NCBI GenBank assembly: GCA_964488585.1 | Contig: CAZAWQ010000095.1 | Span: 531-64,530, forward strand | DNA from: an uncultured Roseivirgaceae bacterium | GTDB taxonomy: Bacteria; Bacteroidota; Bacteroidia; Cytophagales; Cyclobacteriaceae | Length of the DNA stretch: 64,000 bases | Direction of reading: 5' to 3' | Part shown: piece by piece, positions 10,574-18,225 of the stretch | Numbering within the stretch: position 1 is the first letter of the stretch | Layout of the letters: each line of letters starts with the position of its first letter | Made by a program: the position numbers and the translations under genes | The notes under the pieces: generated by a model | What the model was told of the DNA's origin: nothing | Seen by the model: the letters and a program-made list of their open reading frames with translations, nothing else | The model's database searches: none

Positions 10574-11479
10574 TCAGTTATGTTGCTCCCACCAACGTTT
10601 TCCAATGTCATCCCAGGTAACTTTATGCTCTAAAACATCAGCTGCGATTAAAGAATGATGATTCATGAAGGATTTAGCCTCCTCGGAGTTTAATGCTTTA
10701 GCAGCCAGCATAGCGGCTGCCTGCTGATCTGGATGGTCCATTGCTACAAGCTTTTCAAGATCTTTGTAAATACCCTCCGTTCCCTTGTTACCTATTGGTC
10801 TCCACATTTCCGGTGATGTTGAGCGCCCCGCCGCCCATCTTTCATGGGCGAAATTAGCTATCATTTTGCTCAATTCTTTATTGGAACGTTCTGCAAGACC
10901 GTAAATTTTGTACAGCGGTCTTTCCATAAAAAGAGCTTTCAACACCATTTGATTCCAGGCAGGCTGGTCCAAATACTCATAAGGGTATGGATTGTTTAGC
11001 ACTACTGCATCAAATACAACTGACATGTTGGTCCTAACTCCCTCTGAGGCCCTTGTAGTTAGCATATCCGGATAAGGTAATAGCGGCAGGGCACTGTAGA
11101 GTGCTACCAGTTCTGTAACTTCAGCAATACTAAATATTTGATCTAACAACCGGAGGAAGGCGCTGGCATCTTTAAATTGAAAACTGCAAAGCGCAAGTAC
11201 TCTCGCGGTCTGTGGTACCGTCCAACTTTCTAAACTGAAGCCCTTCCTTAATTCACTTGCTCGAATTTTATCATCATTGGTTACATCCAGATTGCTCTTT
11301 CCAATAAATCTAGGTATAGCACTAAACATCAAAAAGAGGTCTCTGGGCTGGGGCTGCCGGTTTAGTAGTTCTAATTTATCCAGAAGCCATTTTTGAGCAG
11401 GTTGATCAATCTGACGGATCAACAGTTTCTTTAAAAATCGGGTCAATGCGTCCGCATCTACCTGTAATTCTGTTCTCAT
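10574..11479 (-). CDS. eboA: EboA-like protein (no known catalytic motif)
   Basis: 301-aa helical protein and first gene of the cluster. The assignment rests mainly on position upstream of the TatD/UbiA/DHQS/TIM-barrel/phosphatase genes. Confidence 0.65.
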   Translation of the reverse strand: MRTELQVDADALTRFLKKLLIRQIDQPAQKWLLDKLELLNRQPQPRDLFLMFSAIPRFIGKSNLDVTNDDKIRASELRKGFSLESWTVPQTARVLALCSFQFKDASAFLRLLDQIFSIAEVTELVALYSALPLLPYPDMLTTRASEGVRTNMSVVFDAVVLNNPYPYEYLDQPAWNQMVLKALFMERPLYKIYGLAERSNKELSKMIANFAHERWAAGRSTSPEMWRPIGNKGTEGIYKDLEKLVAMDHPDQQAAAMLAAKALNSEEAKSFMNHHSLIAADVLEHKVTWDDIGKRWWEQHN

Positions 11480-11550
11480 TAATGAAACGACTTACGTATA
11501 AGGTTTTAAAGATAAATCAAATCGTAGAAACTTAATGGTCTGATTCAGCC

Positions 11551-11602
11551 AAAAAGACAAAAAAATTGCAGGTTAAAAATTCGTTTGAATTTTCAACCTG
11601 CA
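11551..11602 (-). terminator. Rho-independent terminator downstream of the bactofilin gene
   Basis: A 15-bp stem with one mismatch (11567-11581 pairing with 11588-11602) and a 6-nt loop. On the minus strand it is followed by ATTTTTTTGTCTTTTT. It separates the bactofilin gene from the ebo cluster. Confidence 0.8.
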
Positions 11603-11636
11603 TATATCAAAAAAATACTCAGCTAGATACTTATAT

Positions 11637-12047
11637 TTAATTTGCAGTCATCAAGCTTGGAGATTCCACATTGTCGCTCTCCAACTTGATCTCTTTGGTT
11701 TTGACACCCATAGAGCAATCACCGTTAAATGAGGCTCCATCCCGGACTTCCAGTTTATGGGCAATAATGTCTCCATGAACTTTACAACCTTCACCCAATA
11801 TTAACAACTCGGTTACTTCCAGTTTTCCTTTTACGGTACCCTGGATTTCCGCATTACGCGCAAATATATCTCCTTCAATCACCCCAGATGCACCCAAGAC
11901 AATTTTGGATTTAGTCTTTATGGTACCTTTTAATTTGCCTTCCACGCGCACATTATCCGAAGATTCAACATTGCCTTCAATTGAAGTACCTGTTCCAATA
12001 ATTGTGTTGGATTCTACCGTACCTTGAGCTTCTACTTTACTAAACAT
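11637..12047 (-). CDS. Bactofilin (polymer-forming cytoskeletal protein)
   Basis: Repetitive beta-helix pattern (IIGTGTSIEGNVES..VRVEGKLKGTI..IVLGASGVIEGDI..AEIQGTVKGKL) typical of the bactofilin/CcmA domain. I prefer the ATG at 12047 (MFSKVEAQG) to the TTG at 12101 listed in the ORF track. Confidence 0.85.
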   Translation of the reverse strand: MFSKVEAQGTVESNTIIGTGTSIEGNVESSDNVRVEGKLKGTIKTKSKIVLGASGVIEGDIFARNAEIQGTVKGKLEVTELLILGEGCKVHGDIIAHKLEVRDGASFNGDCSMGVKTKEIKLESDNVESPSLMTAN

Positions 12048-12454
12048 ATTTACCGAGTTTAATTTTTTATTTAAATTATTGATGCCCGAAGTTATGTACA
12101 AAATATGAGTCCAACTATTGGAAATACACGGATATATTACTCGGTTGAGATTATTACTGATAATGTGGTAAAATCTATTAAGCAGTCATAGGGTAAACCG
12201 AAAGTGAAGGCATTTAAATGCAGACTCTCGTTTTAAAACAAACTGGCAGCAGGCATACTGTTATCGGAGCAGCTGGTTTGGTGATCTTTGTCATGGAATC
12301 TTACATCAGTCTCACTATTAGCAGATGTTTCATCCATTATTAACCGGTATCCGATTTTAATGGAATTATTACATATGGAATATAGAAGCTGATTTTCCCT
12401 GGTTCGCTTTACTTGGTTTTAATACTTTGGAGTTCAATATTATTGGTGAGGTGA

Positions 12455-12868
12455 ATGAAACAATTGGATCATAAAAAGAACTATTTAAAACAACTTTTCC
12501 GTATTGCCCTGGCAGATGCTCATCTGGATCAGCGTGAAGAGGAGTACTTGTTATATACTGCGGAAAAAATGGGTATTAACAATATGGATTTCCAGAAGAT
12601 AAAGGAATCTACTGAACAGACTCATGTGTTAATACCCGACAACTATTATTTACGGTTTAGAATGATTTTTGACTTTGTTTGGATGATGATGATTGACGGT
12701 GAAATCGACCCAAGAGAAGAAACTGTTTGTAAGCAGTTGGTCAATCAACTGGATTTTGCTTCTGGAGTAGTTGATGACCTGGTCGAACATATAAACTACC
12801 ATCTAAGTTGCGGGATCAACCCAGAACATACTTTTAGCAAGTTTGAAGAAATGTTACTTGAAAAGTAG
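12455..12868 (+). CDS. TerB-like (tellurite-resistance TerB / DjlA N-domain fold) protein
   Basis: 137 aa with two helical repeats of the type ALADAHLDQREEEYL and MMIDGEIDPREETVC, the typical TerB-family signature. Confidence 0.6.
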   Translation: MKQLDHKKNYLKQLFRIALADAHLDQREEEYLLYTAEKMGINNMDFQKIKESTEQTHVLIPDNYYLRFRMIFDFVWMMMIDGEIDPREETVCKQLVNQLDFASGVVDDLVEHINYHLSCGINPEHTFSKFEEMLLEK

Positions 12869-12900
12869 GCCTGGCTCAGGTGGATGACCTGTCTGTAGTA

Positions 12901-13332
12901 TTAGATATACGGGTTAAATTTCTGGATTTTTTTCTTTAATGCTTCCCTGTCCTTTTTAAGATGCTTGTCCTCAAGTATCTCGGACCAAAGTTCGTCGATT
13001 ACTTCCTTGTAATAACCCAGTCGGAGCGCCATATTCTGACAAAAATGTATCTCTCGTTGATCAATCTCTTCATCAATATTCATCAGATGAACAATACTGT
13101 AAAGGTAATCGAACTTGACATCGTTACTTAATGCTCCCAAAGATTCGATCGGTTTTGGGTACAGAATCATTTCTTCAAGCTGAAATGCGCTTACGCCATG
13201 ATTAGCAGCAATACCTTCCAGCGTTTTTTTCTCTTCTTTTGAAATTTCCCCATCCACCATTGCCAGATGGATCAAGACATTGAGCTGCATTCTTAGAACC
13301 ACATCCATAACATTCAATAAATTTCTGATCAA
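12901..13332 (-). CDS. TerB-like protein (paralog of 12455..12868)
   Basis: 143 aa with LAMVDGEISKEEKKTL and LMNIDEEIDQREIHFC repeats. It is convergent with its paralog across a 32-nt gap. Confidence 0.6.
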   Translation of the reverse strand: MIRNLLNVMDVVLRMQLNVLIHLAMVDGEISKEEKKTLEGIAANHGVSAFQLEEMILYPKPIESLGALSNDVKFDYLYSIVHLMNIDEEIDQREIHFCQNMALRLGYYKEVIDELWSEILEDKHLKKDREALKKKIQKFNPYI

Positions 13333-13410
13333 CAGCTAGTGAGAAAAATAATACGGACCTATATAAACCCAGGCTAAATTAAGAAAATAATTATTAGTTT
13401 GTGTCTCGAA

Positions 13411-14618
13411 ATGGAATTCCTGATTGAAAACTGGATTTATGGACTTATCCCTATTATTAGTGGCTTGATTGGTTGGACCACCAACATCCTGGCGCTTAGA
13501 ATGACTTTTTATCCCCTTGAATTTATTGGAATTCCGCCGTACCTAGGATGGCAAGGTATCATTCCTTCAAAGGCTGGAGTGATGGCAGGAAAGGCTGTGG
13601 ACCTAATTACCAGAAATCTAATGAAAATCGAAGATCAATTCGCATATCTTGATTCTGATCAGATGGTGGTGGAAATGGCTCCTGAACTCGAGCGGGTGTC
13701 CAAGAAAATCATTGATGAAGTAATGAACACCCAGGCTCAGACTCTATGGTTGAGACTACCCGATACGGTAAAACAAAAATTTTATGATGCTGTTAAAGAG
13801 GACCTGCCCCTTACTGTTGAAAAATTGATGAAGGAGATAAATCTCAATATTTTAGAATTCTTCGATCTCCGTACTATGGTAATTTCCACGCTGGTAGCGG
13901 ACAAGGGATTATTAAATAAGATTTTCTTAAAATGTGGGGCAAAAGAGTTTAAGTTCATAGAAAGATCGGGGGCTTACTTCGGATTTATTTTCGGACTGGT
14001 TCAGATGTTGGTTTGGTATTTTTTTCAACCATGGTGGTTTTTACCTATGGCTGGTGTTTCCGTGGGATTCATTACAAATTGGCTGGCCCTGAAATTAATT
14101 TTCAAGCCACTGAAGCCCTGGAGGTTTGGCAATTTTCATATACAGGGTCTTTTCATTAAAAGACAAAAAGAGGTTTCTGAAGAATACGCCACCATAATTG
14201 CAGGACAGATATTGACCTCTTCCAAGATCTTGGATGATATATTTTTTGGTTCAAAGTCTGGTGCTGTTTCCAAATTGATAAAAAAAAACACATCGCCAAA
14301 GCAGTTGACACGGCCGCAGGAAGCTCAAAAGAACTGATTCAACTTATTACAGGATCAAAAAAATATGAAATTATAAAGAATATCGCATATTCCAGTTTTA
14401 TGGAAGATCTAAGAATAATCATTAGCCAGGCATTCAATTATACAGAAGAAGCCCTGGACCTGGAAAATACCTTGAGCAGAAAAATGCAAGCCCTGCCACC
14501 CTGGGAGTTTGCAAGCTTTTTACACCCCATCTTTGAAGAAGATGAGTGGAAGCTTTTCGCAGTGGGAGCTATCCTGGGTGGCCTGGCAGGACTTTCGCAA
14601 CTCTATTTACTATTTTAA
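13411..14618 (+). pseudogene. Tandem-DUF445 membrane protein split by a frameshift at an A9 run (pseudogene, sequencing error or -1 slippage)
   Basis: ORFs 13399..14337 (frame 1) and 14400..14618 (frame 3) join without a stop if the frame shifts by -1 at A9 (14280-14288). The joined 402-aa product has two DUF445-like halves: GWTTNILALRMTFYP...GAYFGFIFGLVQ and GFITNWLALKLIFKP...GAILGGLAGLSQ. Confidence 0.7.
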
Positions 14619-14632
14619 CACCCCGCATAAAT

Positions 14633-15145
14633 CTATCTGACGGTTAATGCACTGGGCTTATGATCAAACAATTCATCAATATAAAATATACGGGTTCTTT
14701 GAGAGTAGTTGTCCAAACAAGGACCATTCCCACTACGCATGATACTGGCACAGGCCCCATTGACCAGACGTTCTTCCAAATGCGGCCGGAACAAAAAGCA
14801 ATGACCCAACTCATGAAAGACCACAAACTCCCTGAAAAGGTCTGAGCCCCGCATCCAAAATGACTGATCGATTGTTACCCGGTTGGGTTGAGTACGAGGA
14901 AATGAACATCGTCCCAAAATATGATTTTCATCAATTTCCAGGATAGTCCCGGTAATACCCGTAGCGGTTAGGTCCACCGAAAGCCCTCTGGCAGCTGCCT
15001 GATCCTCAAATCTTTGAAAATAAATCCGTAGTTCACGATCTACATTGGGAAATTTTTCCGGAAGGGGCTCAATTTCATCGTGCTCACTACAGGAAAGTAC
15101 TACACCCATAAGAGCGCACCATATAAAAATTCTCTTAATACACAT
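14633..15145 (-). CDS. Putative zinc-metalloprotease-like lipoprotein (HExxH)
   Basis: Signal peptide with lipobox VLSC, an HELGH zinc-binding motif and several Cys residues. I prefer the ATG at 15145 to the TTG at 15154. Confidence 0.55.
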   Translation of the reverse strand: MCIKRIFIWCALMGVVLSCSEHDEIEPLPEKFPNVDRELRIYFQRFEDQAAARGLSVDLTATGITGTILEIDENHILGRCSFPRTQPNRVTIDQSFWMRGSDLFREFVVFHELGHCFLFRPHLEERLVNGACASIMRSGNGPCLDNYSQRTRIFYIDELFDHKPSALTVR

Positions 15146-15326
15146 AACACACAAAATTTAGAAATGAAAGTTATGTATGGCTTTTTCATATGGCGAGATT
15201 AATAATATGACTAAACGGAGGCAATTTTAGTGCCAAAAGTCTTCTGTTAGGGACGAGGGATGGACATGGAACCTGCTACACGAATCCTGCATATTTTGTA
15301 TCTTCCACAAACCGAATAAGAAAACA

Positions 15327-16247
15327 TTGAGAACATTTGCCATAGCAGCGCTGATTTATCTGACATACGGCTGCGCCCCTATAGAAAAGCAGGACTATAG
15401 CTCGCGGTTACTTTCTGAACTTGATGTACAGGGTCATCGCGGATGCCGTGGATCGTTACCGGAAAACTCCATTGCAGGTTTCATTCAGGCCTTGGAATGG
15501 GGAGTGAGCACCCTTGAAATGGATGTGGTGATTAGCAAAGACCATCAAGTAGTACTCTCACATGAGCCGTTCATGTCGCATCTAATTTGCCTGGACACTT
15601 CTGGCTCTACGATCGACTCCGCCACTCACTTTCAATACAATATATATGAAATGACTTACCAGGAGATCAAGGAATTCGACTGTGGCTCCAAACCTCCGGT
15701 AGAATTTATCCATCAGAAATCAGCTCCGGGGCCCAAACCTTTACTCAGAGAAGTAATTCGAGTAGTTGAAGGCAAAAGAATCCAATGGAAACTACCCGCT
15801 GTTAGATATAATATTGAAACCAAGAGCAATAAGGCGTTTGATGGTATTTTTCATCCCGAACCTGCCAAATTTGTTGAACTGGTGCTTGCCGTGGTGCGTG
15901 AAGAGAATATTACTGAACAAACAATTATTCAGTCCTTTGATCACCGTACGCTACAAGAGGTTAGGGCACAAGCGCCAAGTATAAAGACATCCCTGTTGAT
16001 AGAAAATAGCCAAAGGCCACTTTTTAATTTTATCCAACTTGGATTTGAGCCCAGCATATACAGCCCGGATCACAACCTGGTTACTGACTCTTTGGTGCAA
16101 TACCTGCACCAGAAAAACATCGCCCTTATACCCTGGACAATTAATGACCCAGTTGATATGAATAAGTGCATTGAAATGGGGGTAGACGGTATTATCACCG
16201 ACTATCCAGAAAGATTATTAAAACAATTGGGGCGATTACGGAAGTAA
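15327..16247 (+). CDS. Glycerophosphodiester phosphodiesterase (lipoprotein)
   Basis: QGHRGCRG..PENS...LEMDVVISKD..VVLSHEP and a C-terminal GVDGIITDYP are canonical GDPD motifs. The N-terminus has the lipobox LTYGC. TTG start. Confidence 0.9.
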   Translation: MRTFAIAALIYLTYGCAPIEKQDYSSRLLSELDVQGHRGCRGSLPENSIAGFIQALEWGVSTLEMDVVISKDHQVVLSHEPFMSHLICLDTSGSTIDSATHFQYNIYEMTYQEIKEFDCGSKPPVEFIHQKSAPGPKPLLREVIRVVEGKRIQWKLPAVRYNIETKSNKAFDGIFHPEPAKFVELVLAVVREENITEQTIIQSFDHRTLQEVRAQAPSIKTSLLIENSQRPLFNFIQLGFEPSIYSPDHNLVTDSLVQYLHQKNIALIPWTINDPVDMNKCIEMGVDGIITDYPERLLKQLGRLRK

Positions 16248-16349
16248 TAAGCGCTAACTGCAGAAATATTGCTATGCTTTAAACTCTGAAATGCCGGTTG
16301 ATGGTTGGGCACTTTTCATTTTGATATTTCAGTTTCTAAATCTAAACAA

Positions 16350-17519
16350 TTAACCGGCAGGATTAATTCGGTGGCCACGATACCCCTTTATCAAGAGCGG
16401 TATCCATCCTAAAATTGGGATATAAAATGCCAAAGTCAGAGGATTTTTTATCAGGTATAATAATCCAGACCAAAATCCCGTGTTCATACTAAAGTTCTGC
16501 CCTTTGTATTTTGTATAAAGACGGTGGTGCTCGTGAAACAACACAGGCCATCCGGGAGGACAATAGTAGTTCAAAGTGAGAATATTTCTTATACTATTTC
16601 CAATGAACTTGCCTGATGAATACTTTTTTTCTCCAAATTTCTCGACCGCTCGATTAAGCTCTGCCTGCATCTGATCTTTAATTCGGTCCCGTACCTTTCT
16701 AATATCTTCCTCGGTCAGTCTATCATAGGGCTTATCAACCAACTCATAGGGTTTAATTCTTTTACCCAGCACGTAGGTTAACCGAGCCGGAAGCGCAAAA
16801 TAAAAAAGCCAGGGGAAAAAGGGCAGTAGTAGCGTATGGAAACCCACTGGTATATACGGGATTCCAATTTTTTGAGACCATTTATTTAACCAAGGCCAAG
16901 AATAAACATACGGGTTTATATATTCGCCATTGACGGTGGCAAATGGGATAATATCTGTCTTGTACTTCAAGGCCATCCTCACAAACGAGGTAGCGAACCT
17001 TTGTAGTTGATATTTTCTATTAAACCCCTTTCCAATACCAGCAACTCCTTCCGGATAAATCAAAAGATTCGACTCAATACAATGCATCATGATTTCGAAA
17101 TTCTTGAATCGTGCGTCTACCGCACCATTAATTTTCCAGAAGTTCCTAATAATAAAGGGGTTCATCAGATTACTTTGAGACAATACGGGTGCTGCCAGTG
17201 TCCTTACGGCATTTCGAAAATTAAAATTTTCTTTCTTCAATATCATAGATGAAAACACCATTCCATCCCACGGAAAAGCCATTCCAGAATGATTGCTTAC
17301 AAAAAGCAGCGGTCTTTGGAGGTTGTTACGTTGAGGTAATTGATCAAATCCTATGAATTCACATTTAAAATAATGGTCGTTGATGGGTCCAATCACATTT
17401 GTTATCAAGCTTTCGGAAAAATCTGGATCGAAATATTGATTGAGAAATTTTTGGTTAGCCTCAATATCTTCCTGAGTAATTCTCTCTTGAGTAGCAGTTT
17501 GTGAATAAGATGTTGGCAT
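16350..17519 (-). CDS. Lysophospholipid/glycerol-phosphate acyltransferase-family protein (divergent)
   Basis: PlsC-like blocks are present: FVSNHSGMAFPWD, with a non-canonical H..D spacing, and LIYPEGVAG. The C-terminus carries hydrophobic helices. Confidence 0.65.
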   Translation of the reverse strand: MPTSYSQTATQERITQEDIEANQKFLNQYFDPDFSESLITNVIGPINDHYFKCEFIGFDQLPQRNNLQRPLLFVSNHSGMAFPWDGMVFSSMILKKENFNFRNAVRTLAAPVLSQSNLMNPFIIRNFWKINGAVDARFKNFEIMMHCIESNLLIYPEGVAGIGKGFNRKYQLQRFATSFVRMALKYKTDIIPFATVNGEYINPYVYSWPWLNKWSQKIGIPYIPVGFHTLLLPFFPWLFYFALPARLTYVLGKRIKPYELVDKPYDRLTEEDIRKVRDRIKDQMQAELNRAVEKFGEKKYSSGKFIGNSIRNILTLNYYCPPGWPVLFHEHHRLYTKYKGQNFSMNTGFWSGLLYLIKNPLTLAFYIPILGWIPLLIKGYRGHRINPAG

Positions 17520-17635
17520 ATCCTTTGAATTATTCTGGCACCAAAATTATTGGGCAGGGATATTAAAAATCATAATAGCAAATTCTAAGTAAAAGAATTG
17601 GTTTTTTGTAAATTGCGGTTTAACATTACACCTAT

Positions 17636-17657
17636 ATTGTTATGCATGCATAACAAT
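17636..17657. promoter_or_regulatory. Perfect 22-bp palindrome, candidate operator
   Basis: ATTGTTATGCATGCATAACAAT is self-complementary at all 11 pairs. It lies 56 nt upstream of the phasin-like ATG, in the divergent region shared with the acyltransferase gene. Confidence 0.5.
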
Positions 17658-17713
17658 TATTGCCTGGCAGCAATCCAGATAAACATCAATTTAACCAATA
17701 ACAATATATTACA

Positions 17714-18094
17714 ATGGAAGATCTAATTAAGAAGTTCGTATATACAGGGGTTGGGATAGCTTCGTTGACAGCAGAAAAGCTGCAAAAAAGTATCGACAAG
17801 TTGGTTAATGAGGAGAAAATTAGTGAAAACGAGGGCAAAAAAATCGTTGATGAATTTTTTCAAAAAACCGAATCCAAGAAAAAGAGCATTGAATCGCAAA
17901 TAAGCAAAATAACCAAAGAAGTTGTAAGTAAGTTTGACTTTTCAAAAGCCAAAGAAATACTTGATCTAAACAAGCGTGTAAAGGCATTGGAAAATAAAAT
18001 TTTAAAAATGTCCAAAGCAAGCGCTCAAGCCACCCGGGTGCCTAGAAAACCTGTGACTCCTAAAAGAGCCATTAAGAAAGCCACCGGAAAGTAA
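17714..18094 (+). CDS. Phasin-like coiled-coil protein
   Basis: 126 aa. The N-terminus KKFVYTGVGIASLTAEKLQKSIDKLV resembles the phasin / PHA-granule regulator family (COG3937-like). The tail is Lys-rich. Confidence 0.55.
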   Translation: MEDLIKKFVYTGVGIASLTAEKLQKSIDKLVNEEKISENEGKKIVDEFFQKTESKKKSIESQISKITKEVVSKFDFSKAKEILDLNKRVKALENKILKMSKASAQATRVPRKPVTPKRAIKKATGK

Positions 18095-18113
18095 AAGACT
18101 CTATTTATTACAG

Positions 18114-18149
18114 AAGGCAGTGTCTTAAATAAGGCACTGCCTTTTATTA
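18114..18149 (+). terminator. Rho-independent terminator after the phasin-like gene
   Basis: The stem AAGGCAGTG/CACTGCCTT (18114-18122 with 18135-18143) extends inward by four more pairs and is followed by TTTTATTATTTT. Confidence 0.8.
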
Positions 18150-18225
18150 TTTTGGCTTGCCATTATTCTCGTAGCCACATTTCTTACCTTTATTTTTCTA
18201 TTTTTACCAGGAATGTATCTGTATA

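Noticed and set aside
16293-16351. 8-bp inverted repeat TGCCGGTT / AACCGGCA between the convergent GDPD and acyltransferase genes.
   Set aside because: The stem is short, the loop is about 40 nt, and the distal arm overlaps the acyltransferase stop codon. This is too weak to call a terminator.
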